Source: Scyliorhinus canicula
Lineage: Eukaryota
Assembly: GCF_902713615.1 (NCBI RefSeq)
Contig: NC_052171.1
Span: 1,674,001 to 1,738,000, forward strand
Direction of reading: 5' to 3'
DNA length: 64,000 bases
Shown here: piece by piece, positions 35,901-51,500 of the stretch
Position numbering within the stretch: the stretch's first letter is position 1
How the letters are laid out: every line of letters begins with the position of its first letter
Position numbers and translations under genes: made by a program
The notes under the pieces: model-generated
Told to the model about the DNA's origin: nothing
The model's input: only the letters and a program-made list of their open reading frames with translations
Database searches by the model: none

Positions 35901-38892
35901 TCATTCTTGTATGCAAAGTGTTTGATCTTGTTCTTCAGTATCATAAATTCCGCATGCCAGTTTTTCCACTTGTAACCTGTCTTTGTCTTTCTGCAACTTT
36001 CTCCTCCAATCTACACATCGTCCTGTTCTCTTGCTTGGTGTCCTGTGTATAGTGTACAATCCTTTGTCCAAATCATTGATATAAATTGAGTTTTTAACGG
36101 GCTTACCTCCCCACCATATCTCATATCACCCCACAAAATGGGAGCAAAAACAGGTCATTTGGCCCATCAAGCCTGCTCCGCCGTTAAGTAAGACCATGGC
36201 TATGTTTGTGTTTTCTACCACGCCCTGCCTCCTCCTCCGGGTCAATAACGTTTGATTCCCTCACGTAACAAGAATCTATCTACCTGTTTTTAAAATATTC
36301 AAAGGCCCTGCCTCCACCGTTTACTGTGGAAGACACTGAAAGAAACAAATTCTGCTAATTTTGATCTTAACTCACGACCCCTGATTTCAAGAATAATAAT
36401 CTTTATTGTCACAAGTAGGCCTACATTAACACTGCAATGAAGTTACTGTGAAAATCCCCGAGTCGCCACATTCCGGCACCTGTTCGGGTACACAGAGGGA
36501 GAATTCAGAATGTCCAATTGACCCAACAAACAGCATGTCTTTCGGGACTTTAACTGTATTGACAAGCTAACAATTTTAAAACAGTGCTCCCTAATTCTGG
36601 ACTCAACCACAAAAGGAAATATCTTTTCCTCTTGTCACCTTGTTAAAACAGTTAAGGGTCTTGTATATTTCAATGAAGTCACCCCTCACTCTTCTAAACT
36701 CCTGTGGAAACAAGCCCAGTCTGTCCAAGCTTTCTTCATAAGACAACCCGCTCATTCCAGCTATTAATATTGTAAACCACCTCCAATGCATTTTACATCC
36801 TTCCTTCAATATGGACACCAAATCTGCAACAGTATTCGCGATATGGTCTCATAATGGTTATGGTGTTCGGGCCGGAAAGTGGAGCTGAGTCCACAAAAGA
36901 TCAGCCATGATCTCATTGAATGGCAGAGCACGCTCGAGGGGCCAGATGGCCTACTCCTGCTCCTAGTTCCTATGTTCTTATAACTGGAGCATAATATCAT
37001 CCTTACTTTTATTTTCAAATAAAGGTAAAGTTGGCATAATCCCAGATGACCTTAGGCTGCTTTCCCCTTTGAGGGGGAGAGCTGACAGGTGGTGATTTGA
37101 CCTGAGAATCACCACACCTCAGGCCAGGGGTAAGGTTGAGAAGATGGGTCTTCATGAATAACCTCAGATGGTGCAGGGATTATTCAATTATTCTTGTCAT
37201 GAAGGGTAGCCTTCTTATTTACTTGCTGTCCGCGCGCACCATCTTTTTGTGACTCATGTGCTCGAACACCGAGATCCATCTACTGCACCTCAAAATTCTG
37301 CAGCCATTCTCCATTTAAGTCTGCTTTTTTAAATTCTTGCTGCCAAAGCGAACAACTTCGCATAGAATTACAGACCCTTGCAGCATGGAAGGATGTTATT
37401 TGGTCCCTCTGCAGCAGATGGTAAAGAGCTCTCTAGCCTAATCACACTTTTAACCTCTTCGTCTGAGTCAGTTCAAGTGCACAACCAAGTACTTTTTAAA
37501 TGGCATGAGAGTTTTTGCCTCTGCCACCCTTTCAGACAGATATTGCAGATTCTTTGCATGCAGTCTCTTTTACGAGGGCATATTTGATTAAATATTCTCT
37601 CACCTTCCCAAACCCACACACTTTTATCCCGGCTGCATGTTGCGAGGAGACTGCCCGATGGAGCCCAGGCGACAGACTTCACTTCATTCTCATGCCCTTC
37701 CAGAGTTGTCAAGAGCTGTCAAAAGAAAACAATCAGGGTGACGTGCAAGATCTATTCCCGTGAAGAAACAACATAATACAGGAATAAAAGGCGACACGGT
37801 GACGCAGTGGTTAGCACTGCTGCCTCACAGCGCTGAGGACCCGGGTTCAATCCCGGCCCCGGGTTACCGTCCGTGTGGAGTTTGCGCATTCTCCCCGTGG
37901 CTGCGTGGGTCTCACCGCCCACAACCCAAAGATGTACCGGGTCGTGAATTGGCCGTACTAAATTGCCCCATAATTTGGGGGGGGGGGGGGGGGGGGGAGT
38001 TGGTACTTCAAATTTACTTCAAGAAAAAATACAGGAATGAACACGTTTTGCCGGAATCGTGTTTGATCTGTCAAAGAAAGGTTGAGACCCAAAGCCCGAA
38101 GGAGCATGGTGGTTAGCACAACCCTAACCCTAGCACGGTAGCATGGTGGTTAGCTTCACAGCTCCAGGGTCCCAGGTTCAGTTCCCGGCTGGGTCACTGT
38201 CTGTGTGGAGTCTGCACGTCCTCCCCGTGTGTGCGTGGGTTTCCTCCCACAGTCCAAAGATGTGCCGGTTAGGTGGATTGGCCAGGCTAAATTGCCCGTA
38301 GTGTCCTTAAAAAAAAGTAAGGTTACGGGTATAGGGTGGATACGTGGGTTTGAGTAGGGTGGTCATTGCTCGGCACAACATCGAGGGCCGAAGGGCCTGT
38401 TCTGTGCTGTACTATGTTCTATGAGTTCAACCTTCACTCAGCTCCTGGCAGCAGGGCTCCACCATCCCTTCCAGCCCCGCTCTGAATGTTAGGGGTGCGC
38501 TACCTCAAATCCATCCTCCTTCTTCCTCCAGATGCAGGTGGTGGCATCGAAGCTGACCGAGGCCAGGTAGTTGCTGCAGGGCGACCAGGAGACCTTCCGC
38601 ACGGTGCGCTGGTGCCCATCTTCCAGCAGGCACTTGCACTGCCAGGCCGGCCCTGAGTGACAGAGAGAGACGGAGAGGATGTTGATCATTAAATGAGTCC
38701 AGGCCCCGCGTCTGGCTCCCGCTCCCGCTCCCTCCCGCCGAACCCGCTCCCACCTTCTCTGGCCCAGATGCGCACAGACCGATCGCCTCCGCACGAAGCC
38801 AGCAGCGTCCCGCTCGGGCTCCAGGCCACATTCCAGGCCCGGGAGTCGGGGTGCGCCTGGAAGCGCAACTCCAACGCCAACCGCCGCCTCAT
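32970..38892 (-). CDS. CIAO1: Cytosolic iron-sulfur assembly component 1 (WD40 repeat), 337 aa, 7 coding exons
   Basis: Exons (-): 38892-38754, 38652-38504, 37715-37604, 34813-34725, 34525-34324, 33697-33610, 33204-32970 (1014 nt). Motifs [51 protein letters not shown] are characteristic of CIAO1. Confidence 0.97.
36130..37010 (-). mobile_element. CR1 3' fragment carrying two nested inserts
   Basis: [29 protein letters not shown]; contains a SINE tail at 36392-36550 and an opposite-strand CR1 tail at ~36858-36980 that matches 45790-45860. Confidence 0.7.
37786..38027 (+). mobile_element. V-SINE, short-tail subfamily
   Basis: TSD AATACAGGAAT at 37775-37785 and 38028-38038; internal poly-G run. 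Confidence 0.85.
38101..38423 (+). mobile_element. V-SINE, long CR1-tail subfamily with duplicated head
   Basis: Highly similar to 17682-18025. Confidence 0.85.
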
Positions 38893-39220
38893 CCTCGCGC
38901 CGCGCGCCACATGCAAGCCCCGCCTCCTCGCCTCTCGCCCCGCCCTCCGGTTGGTTGGAGGACCAACGCCGGAGCCGAGTCCAATTGGCGAGGAGCCGCC
39001 GTCAATCAGACGGCGGGGCGACCAATCACCGCTCCGCCCCCACCCACTCGCGCGTCACGTGCAAGGCGAGGGCGGTCGTTTGGTGGGGAACAGGACATTG
39101 CGCGCGCGGCTCGGGACAGCCGGATATCTCTACCCCCCCCCGGCCCCTAACCTCTCTCCAATCTTCTCAATTATCGGCGGTCGGAGCCCTTCGTCGTTCG
39201 CACGGGGACCGGAGCGGAGG
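38893..39220. promoter_or_regulatory. CpG-island bidirectional promoter shared by CIAO1 and TMEM127
   Basis: 328 bp between divergent ATGs, CpG-rich. Contains palindromic CCAATTGG 38981-38988, CCAAT 39022-39026, GC boxes 39012-39040 and E-box GTCACGTG 39054-39061. Confidence 0.85.
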
Positions 39221-41508
<2,288 letters not shown>

Positions 41509-41883
41509 ATATCAAGACACATCACTATTTTCTCATCATCAATCTCACTTCACTTGACTCTCAGAACTTGTCCCTTCTGTTCATTTAAAGTTTTCATCTG
41601 GAGCAGCTACCTCCGATCCCTCATCATCCTTGCAGTTCAATTCGTGTGTTGGGGACCAGAAATTACGGTCATCCCAAAGCTACAAGTCTATTGATTGCTG
41701 TGCTCACTTTCTCATTCCTGATGGATGACAAAATACATTGTTGAAGCGGTTGGAGTTCTCAACTGTATCACCATACTTCATCCAGAGGCAGTATCTTTTT
41801 AACTTGGATAGGCTGAATTTGAACATTTGTAAAAGTTAAATGTTTTTATAGACTTTTTAAAGCTTTTCTATTTCAGTGCTTGA

Positions 41884-41889
41884 AATAAA
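41884..41889 (+). terminator. Candidate proximal TMEM127 polyadenylation signal
   Basis: AATAAA ~375 nt after the stop; another copy at 42611-42616. Confidence 0.4.
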
Positions 41890-43066
41890 CTAGAATTGTG
41901 CAGTGCTTCTGTTATTGCATTATTTACTATACTCACAAGCACTTTGTATTATTTAAGTGGAATTTTTAGACTTCTTAAAGTTAACATTCTTTTACAAGAG
42001 GTGTATGTAAATATTTTGTCCATGTTTCCCCATGGCAAGATGCATGCCAGTCAAAAGGATACTGTCTCTGCTTTCGCTCATTGTGATCTCTTAGTGTTCA
42101 CTCACTTGCAAAATGTACTCTCGTTCCTGATTTAAGCCCGGAGAATATCCCCCATTGATTCAGTCATTTAAGTGCCAGCACTGAATTCATGGGAGCCTAT
42201 CAGCAGTATGGGGATTTGAGTTTACAATTGTTCACAGCATGGATTTGTCCAATTTTTCAGTTTGTGTCAAGCTGTTGAATTGAAAATGATTAGTACTGCA
42301 AGTCTGACTGCTGGCATTGCTGGAAATAGTGTCTGTTACCCTTCCCTACTCCCATTTTGGATGAGAGGAAGAAAACACTATCAGGTCGACAGTAATATCA
42401 TGGTTAGCTTTTAGAATTATACAGCAAAGCAATGTGAGTCCATATAACTGTTTCATAGAGTCAGCAGAAATAATCTGACATCCACCCACTTAGGGATATA
42501 TATTACAATTCGTGAAAGTTACATCAAAGAGGCATATTTCTTAAGAGGGCACGTGTTAAATTCCCTATTCCAAACCTCTATGTCAAGTTTAAAAACAGAA
42601 GTTCACATAAAATAAATCAGTATACAAGAAATATTAACAGTCTACAAGGTGTTTAAGTGGTGTACCAAATGCAATGTGTTGACACACAACCAGCCATTCA
42701 CATGCAATATCCTCACTCCCTCAAAACAAATGAACCATGGATTTGGGGAGACACTGTGCCTGGGTGTGGCAAAATTTCATGGGCTACAAGAAAAGGTCAA
42801 TCTTGTGATGTGCCTCACTGGTTGATATAACACTGGACATCTGTTTGCGAAAAATCTGCGTGCTCACCACAAATAGATTTTCTTTTTGTACAATCCTTCT
42901 GACAGATTCTTGGATGTTCTTCTGCTGTCCAACCGGTGACTGATAACTGGAAGCAGATGACATATTGAATTGGGATGGGGCGGGTATTATGCAGCCAAAA
43001 CCATTCTCTTTCCCTCTAAATCCCTGCAGGCATTTTAAATTATGGAAGTTCAGAGAGTGAACATTA

Positions 43067-43370
43067 AGGCAGCACGGTAGCATTGTGGATAGCACAATTG
43101 CTTCACAGCTCCAGGTTCGATTCCGGCTTGGGTCACTGTCTGTGCGGAGTCTGCACATCCCGTGTGCGCGGGGGTTTCCTCTGGGTGCTCTGGTTTCCTC
43201 CCACAGTCCAAAGATGTGCAGGTTAGGTGGATTGGCCATGATAAATTGCCCTTAATGTTGGGTGGGGTTATGGGGATACGGTGGAGGTTTTGACCTTGGG
43301 TAGGGTGCTCTTTCCAAGAGCCGGTGCAGATTCGATGGGCCGAATGGCCTCCTGCACTAAATTCTATGAT
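43067..43370 (+). mobile_element. V-SINE, long CR1-tail subfamily
   Basis: Head, core and GGGCCGAATGGCCTCC tail. Confidence 0.85.
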
Positions 43371-44069
43371 CTGTGAGGAAAATTTAAATCAAGAAATTAA
43401 GGCAAAATGCATTTAGAATGCCTCAGTTCTGAGTGGAACAAAACTTCCAGCCATCACGAACAAGATAGACAGAAATTAGACAATAACTGTTGGCTGTTCA
43501 GTAACTTTCTCTCTCAGCATTGATTTTCCAGATAGCAGCAACACTCTCTATCCCTGACTCAAACAATCTTATCTGATTGACACTATAATCAGAGGAAGAA
43601 TAGTTTAAAAGTGTATAGAATCTGTGCCAAATCCTTTGCATGATGTCTGCTAAATCAGTGCCAGGGACGAAAGAAAATGCAAGATAAATTCTGCTGTGGA
43701 AAGGTTGTCTTAAGTCTGTACAGCTGATGACTTTTATTAAATGTTGAATTACAAGCCAAAGAGTGACACTGGATGGTACAAATCTCATTGATTATTAACA
43801 ATAATCCATTTGAAGTAGCAATCGTGTGGATTTTAATTATTCAAATTGAAAGCTGCTGGCCCAGGGTCCAGCTGCAGTTCCAGCTTAGATAGAGCCGACC
43901 TTGCTTCTGCAACGGAGATCTGGGGAATTTTTACATGTCAGACCATTTGAGTGGATTGCAAGACATTCTGGACATGGGTGACAATATTTTATAATTTCAG
44001 AAAGTTCCTCCATTTTTTGATTTGGGTTTTTAATCACATCATTTATTGGTGTCGAAAGAAAATCTTAAT

Positions 44070-44300
44070 TGGGGCAGCACGGTGGCGCAGTGGTTAAGAT
44101 TGCTGCCTCACGGCACCGAGGTCCCAGGTTCGATCCCGGCCCTGGGTCACTGTCCGTGTGGAGTTTGCACATTGTCCCTGTGTTTGCGTGGGTTTCATCC
44201 CCACAACCCAAAATGTGCAGGCCAGGTGGATTGGCCACGCTAAACTAAATTGCCCCTTAATTGCAAAAAATTAATTGGATACTCTAAATTTATTAAAACA
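44070..44300 (+). mobile_element. V-SINE, short-tail subfamily
   Basis: TSD AAAATCTTAAT at 44059-44069 and 44301-44311. Confidence 0.88.
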
Positions 44301-45174
44301 AAAATCTTAATAGTTAGAATTAAACTGCTGCTAGTTTTCTGGCAGAATTAGTTTTTTTTAACCATTAACTGGCAATGTCAGTTCGTGAACTTTGAACAAA
44401 CGGGAGGAGAGCTTGTGGAAATGCCACCTTAAAAAAGAGCACACATGGAGGAAGAAATTCATATTTATCTCACTTTTACTGCCTCAGCCAGTTCCCAAGC
44501 AGCTGACCAATGACATTTTTGCAGTTTAATCAGTGCTGTAGTATGAGGAAATACAGTTGCCAAATTGCACATAGGAATGAGAAAATAATTACGTCATAGT
44601 TGTGGTAGCATTGTTTGAAGGATAACTCTCAAGTTGGGAACCAGGGAGAATGTGGCATTCTTGGAAAAGTACCGTTTGTCCTGTTCATCTCAGGGGGCAG
44701 ATAGGGCCTGGGATCATTTCAGCCATTAATTTTGCCTCACACCATATAAATCTTCTCATCCATAGGCCAGGACCAGCATCCAGAGATGAGTTTATTATGC
44801 CATTATATGAATCTAAATGAAATACCTATTATTAGAGCATGGGATTGTCAAACTACTGTAATGTCATAAAAGCCCAACTGATTCAGTAATGTCTTTCGGC
44901 AAAGGGGGGGGGGGGGGGGGAATGGAGAATGATGTCAACCTGTCTAAGCTGCATGCAATCCCAGACCATCAGCACAGAGATTGACTTTTCCCTCCGAAAC
45001 CATTCAGTTGTCAAGAAAGTAGGATAGGCAATTAACAGTGGTTTTGTCCACCATGTCCACATGCTCTACAACCGGAATGTGGCGACTCGGGGCTTTTCAC
45101 AGTAACTTCATTGCAGGATTAATGTAAGCCTACTTGTGACAATAAAGATGAAATTGTGTAAAATAGCAAAACTC

Positions 45175-45180
45175 TTTATT
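45175..45180 (-). terminator. Likely NCAPH polyadenylation signal
   Basis: AATAAA on - about 340 nt after the stop codon. Confidence 0.6.
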
Positions 45181-45518
45181 CAATTTGTATACCAGATAAA
45201 ATAAAAGTTTTTAAAAAAGCTCTCAAAGGACAATGAGATAGGTATGTCTCGAATACTTAATATATTTACCCAGAAGTCCACTAAAATATTAGCAAGTGTA
45301 TGAATTGTTTAAAATAAATCTCAAGCATAATTTCAAGGCTGATTAGTTCTTGACAGGTTTTAGAATTACATTTACACACATGACAGAGAAACTATGCCTT
45401 ACAAAGGCATCTGAGGTGAGATAACAGCCATGACACAAGGCATACTGTCATAAAAAATATTTACAACTATGTACAGTCCTTTCCACCATTCTTTTACAGC
45501 TATGTAGTCAGGACATTT

Positions 45519-48500
45519 TCAGATTCCTTGTCTGATAACAACATCAGACAAATCTTCCTTTCCTTCAATTGCAAGGTTCTGTAAGGTAATAAAACATAGT
45601 TAAGCATGTAATCTAAACTTCTTAATTACTACAGCTCCCAGGAATCCTGATTGTGATCAGTGCTCACAACCCTGGTTCTCTTAGAACTGTCACCTGCCAG
45701 TTCTAAGAGCTAACAATACTGCTCAACTTTTAGTTTCATGTTGTTGATTCATGTTTAACATTTAACATAAGAACTAGCCCCTCGAGCCTGCTCCACCATT
45801 CAATGAGATCATGGCTGATCTTTTGTGGACTCAGCTCCACTTTCCGGCCCGAACACCATAACCCTTAATTACTTTTTTCTTCAAAAAACTATCTATCTTT
45901 ACCTTAAAAACATTTAACGAAGGAGCCTCAACTGCTTCACTGGGCAAGGAATTCCATAGATTCACAACCCTTTGGGTGAAGAAGTTCCTCCTAAACTCAG
46001 TCCTAAATCTACTTCCCCTTATTTTGAGTCTATGCCCCCTAGTTCTGCTTTCACCCGCCAGTGGAAACAACCGCATCTATCCTATCTATTACCTTCATAA
46101 TTTTAAATGTTTCGATAAGATCCCCCCCTCATCCTTCTAAATTCCAACGAGTACAGTCCCAGTCTACTCGACCTCTCCTCGTAATCCAACCCCTTCAGCT
46201 CTGGGATTAATCTCGTGAATCTCCTCTGCACACCCTCCAGTGCCAGTATGTCCTTTCTCAAGTAAGGAGACCAAAACTGAACACAATACTCCAGGTGTGG
46301 CCTCACTAACACCTTATACAATTGCAGCATAACCTCCCTAGTCTTAAACTCCATCCCTCTAGCAATGAAGGACAACATTCCATTTGCCTTCTTAATCACC
46401 TGTTGTACCTGTAAACCAACTTTCTGTGACTCATGCACTAGCACACCCAGTTCTCTCTGCACAGCAGCATGCTTTAATATTTTATTGTTTAAATAATAAT
46501 CCCGTTTGCTGTTATTCCTACCAAAATGGATAACCTCACATTTGTCAACATTGTATTCCATTTGCCAGACCCTAGCCCATTCACTTAACCTATCCAAATC
46601 CCTCTGCAGACTTCCAGTATCCTCTGCACTTTTCGCTTTACCACTCATCTTAGTGTCATCTGCAAACTTGGACACATTGCCCTTGGTTCCCAACTCCAAA
46701 TCATCTATGTAGATTGTGAACAATTGTGGGCCCAACACGGATCCCTGAGGGACACCACTATCTACTGATCGCCAACCAGAGAAGCACCCATTAATCCCCA
46801 CTCTTTGCTTTCTATTAATTAACCAATCCTCTATCCATGCTGCTACTTTACCCTTAATGCCATGCATCTTTTGTGTGGCACCTTGTCAAAAGCTTTCTGG
46901 AAATCCAGATATACCACATCCATTGGCTCCCCGTTATCCACTGCACTGGTAATGTCCTCAAAAAATTCCACTAAATTAGTTAGGCACGACCTGCCCTTTA
47001 TGACCATGCTACGTCTGCCCAATGGGACAATTTCTATCCAGATGCCTCGCTATTTCTTCCTTGATGATAGATTCCAGCATCTTCCCTACTACCGAAGTTA
47101 AGCTCACTGGCCTATAATTTCCTGTTCTCTGCCTACCACCTTTTATTTTGATGAAATAATGTTGTATACGTACCTTTTCATTGGCTAAATGCAGCAAACA
47201 AGCAAACGCCAAGGGAACAGACAGGTTCGTTGCCATTGTACTGGGCAATCTGTGGACATTAAACAAAAGTACTAATTTGACACACACATATCAAAGACAA
47301 CGTAGATACAATTAAGTGCATAGAAACAAGTCATATAATGGCAATGTTACAGATATTCCAGAGGCACAGACGAATGCTATGGAGACACAATTGTAAATCT
47401 CAACAGCTGGAGAAATTTAAAGTCAATTAATAAATCTGGAACAAAAAGCTCACCTCAGCAATTATGTATTATTAAGGGGCAATTTAGAGTGGCCAATCCA
47501 CCTCCCCTGCCCATCTTTCGCTTGTGGGGGTGAGATCCATGCACACACGGGGAGAATTTGCAAACTCCACACCAACAGTGACCCGGGTCTGGGATCGAAC
47601 CCGGGTCCTCACTGCCACGAGGCAGCAGTGGTAACCACTGCGCCACCGTGCTGCCCGGCTCATCAATTATAATGAAATATTGGATTGTCTTACAAATTTA
47701 TTTAATTCACCGTGTCCTTCAGGTAAGGAAATATGCAGTCCTTACCTGGTCTTGCCTACATGTGACTCGATTCATAGCAATGTAGTTAATTCTCAACTTC
47801 CCTCTGAACTAGTCAAACAAACCACTGAAAAATTTTACACAAAAATCCAAGGGAAAAAAATAACCGAATGGACACCTGGCATTGACCTAGGCACAACCTC
47901 AACAAAGGCAACCCTTACCAGTTGACCCTACAAAGTCCTTTTCATGAACATCTGGGGACTCATGATCTCCATCTGCAAGAAGCATAAGGGCAGTCAGGAG
48001 ATGGGGACACCACCCACCAACTAAGTTTCCTCCAAATCACATCATCTGTTTGGAAATGTTTGTTCCTTCACTGTCAGCAGATCAAAATCACAGAACTCCC
48101 TTCCCAAGAACACTGTCTACTGACACCACCATCTATTTTATTCAAGGTGATTGGGGAGGGACATTAAATGCCACCCCCCACCCTAAGACTCAAAGTTGTG
48201 CTCTATTGGGCACTGTGTCTCTAAAATTACCAGTGGGATCATTTATCATCAGTATTTATAGGAGAAAGAATTGGTGAAATGTGGGCAAAGTGTGACTAAA
48301 CACATTATTCTTTGAAAGAGCCGGTGTAGACTTGATTATGAGAATGAGCACCTCCAATGCTTTGCCGTTCCACAATCCTAGTCATTTGAAGAATTATTTG
48401 TGAAATGCATTACAATCCTTTATTCAGGTACAAAATGATGATTCATTGAACAGAGACACAGGACTCATTTACTGGTATGCTGACCCACACACGTTAAAGA

Positions 48501-51500
48501 AAAAACACCTTTCAAACAGATTCTTAGTGATAGTTGTGAAGCTTTGCTGTCCTTTCACTGTCATTACATCGATTTCCAGCTCCTCGGTTACTCCATTCTA
48601 TTGAATGAAAAGATCAAAAAAAATCATTGATGTCAGACCTTTCTCAACCCGAGGACATCCCAAAACATTTAACGGCCAATAAGTACTTCAGAAGCAGCAT
48701 CACAATTGCAAACGGGAAACATTTTTTAGACAGCACGGATCAAAAAGCCAGCGGCAAATGCATCCCACTGATCTCAAAAGCCCCCAAACCAATACAGTAA
48801 TTGGCTGAAGAAAGCTGCTGGCGAATCTGATGAACCAGGACCACTGTAATCCCAGCAGCACCACCAGAAACAGTGACCACTGCTAGGACTTCAGCTTATC
48901 CTCAGATTCGAAGTGCTGAGAGCCCCATGACCAGTTAAGAGTGGGAGTTTCAGGAGGATCAGAATGGGGGTGGAGTGAGGTCAGAAAAGCCAGGGGACAG
49001 AGTACCTGAGGGAGGTGGAGCCAGACCAAATCAGGAAAAGGGACCCGGACTGCAAGCAAAAATCTTTTTCTCCCTGCTGGAGCCCGAGCAGGGTAACCTG
49101 CTGGCTTTCATCCTCCAACTCATCCCCATTCCTGACCTCCTCCCACCAACCTCAAAACTGAAGCCTGGCACGAAGCAGAACTGAAGTGGCTCAGTTGAGA
49201 CCAGGGTAGGCAGGACACCCAAGCTTTGTCCAACCCGCCGCCTTCATGTTAAATTTTTCACACATCAGAAGCAGGTAGGAAGGCCACTAGGGAAATTTGT
49301 GGGGCCCTGCTGTAAAACATGCATCAGGCCACCGTAGAATTCCACCTAAAGGAAACATGGCAGCTATTTTGTGCAAACTCCCACAAACAATAACATGATA
49401 ATGACCAGATAATCGGTTTTAGTGATGTTGTTCAGGGAGGAAATAGTGGGCAGGAGACACAGAACTCCTTTGCTGTTTTTCAGAATGGTTCTGTGATATT
49501 CTTTATATCATTTGGAGGGCAGACAGATCCTCAGTTTAGTTTCTTATCCAAAGAAGGCACCTCATTTCACTCCACCAATACTGCACTCAAGAGTTCCTCA
49601 AGAGGGCCTTGAATTCACAACTTGATCATGAAAAATATGAGTTGATTTTTAAACAGGTTTTCCAACAAATCAGTTTGCTGAGCAAGTTAGTTGCAGCTTC
49701 TCAGGCAAGCTCTGCACTGGCTGAAACACAGTTTATTTTTGGGTACTATTATACATCTGGAAGCTTTTTAACATGTGCTAATCCTATTCAGCACACTCTT
49801 CACCTTCCCATCTGGGATATACGTGTTTTCAGTGAGGAGATCCCACATGTTCTGCTTCAGTCTTTTCACATCCATCTTTTTTGCTGTCTTTGAATAATTC
49901 AACAGGATTTTGTTGACCTTCAAATAATCAGAATTTTTGATTAGAACTGTAAACCTGCAAGCTCATAGCCATTCGTCACATTTCTTATTTAACACACCCT
50001 GAAGACCAGACTAGTGCAAGAACAGACCTTCAGCTTTACAGGTGATTAAGTATTAATGACAGTAATCCATCACAAAAACTATATTCAAGCAATAAACAAG
50101 AGACTTGAACAATCAAATTTGTTTTTCCCCCCTGTAATCGTCCTCTATTCTTCTTTATCTGTTACAATTGACTCAGGCGGGCACATTGACCAGTACCACT
50201 TGTATTCCAGTGCAGGGCCTGTTGAAACAGCAAGAGTATTCCTTCTCCACTCACAAAAATAAGAGCTCATCCCCGACATTGCCTGAAATACAGCAAAGTT
50301 GCTTTGCAGTCTTGATTACAGCTTGGAATCCACTTACTTTCTGAGGCTCTGCAACTAAGTTTTCTCCTCCATAAGTTGTGATGTTTAACCCCTTTCCATT
50401 TTGCTCCAAGCCATTCTCATCTTGTACCAATGCAGCATTGAAGGAGTCATTTGCAGCAACAAACCCATCATGTTCATCATCACTATCAAGCTGGATTAAA
50501 AATAAAAAGGGAACCATGCTAAGGGAGAAATTTATTCATGAATATCTTCAAATAATGTGTGGGAGCAATAAACACAAACCTGAACACCAGGACAGAAGTT
50601 TGAGGTGTCATTGGGGTTGTTATAGTCATATTCTCCAATTTTTTCATCTTGATCCGGGCAAACGTTTTCTTTCAAATACCGCTTCAACTGCAAACAATTT
50701 TAATGAAATATTTCAGTAATGGAAGCCAATAATACAAACCAGGAAACCGTACTCCAACTTGGAAAAGGGTACCAGCATCAAACAGTCCTGGATCAAGTAT
50801 TACCATTTAATATATAGTTTAGACAGGTTAACTGTCCATCATTTAACCGCCCCACCTTCAAATGTAATTAAGCTAACTCAGTGTATGGGCACAGGATAAG
50901 TTAGCAACCCCTTCTTCATACTTCCTCAAGTAGCACACTCTCAACGATGATCAACCACCTGTCAAACTGGTTAACCAAGTAGTGTTCTGCAGTAGTTCGA
51001 GGGAAGGAGCATTACTCTCTATCAAAGACATGCTGTATCTAACATGCAAGCACTTGATGCAAGAGCATTGTGGGAGCTTTACATGGGGTACACCCGATCT
51101 GAGACAGACACACAAGTCATTTGCCTCTATTTTGTCTTTTGTTGAGTCACAATCCTAGTCATCAGGAGAGGCAACTTGTTGTCTAGTTTTTCATCCAACC
51201 CATGAATAAGGGAAATCATCCGCAGCTTCCACACCCAGAAAAAAGCAGTTCACTTCTCCAGAAAGGAGCAGTGAATAATGGGATAAAAACAAATTACTGC
51301 GGATGCTGGAACGTAAAACAAAAGGGAAAACGCTGGAAAATCTCAGCAAGTCTGGCAGCATCTGTAGGGAGAGAACAGAGCTAACATTTCGAGTCCGATG
51401 ACTCTTTGTCAAATGTGAATAATGGGAACTCATTACATTCAAAATTATGAAACTTGAGCCCAACTCACATGCCTCATCTGTTTATCCTTTGAGGTGCATT

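Noticed and set aside
42784-43788. Minus-strand ORFs of 151 and 96 aa between TMEM127 and NCAPH; one alternative frame looks faintly RING-like
   Set aside because: The first ORF starts inside a SINE, there is no recognisable homology, other frames contain stops and the Cys spacing does not fit a RING. A tblastx search would settle it.
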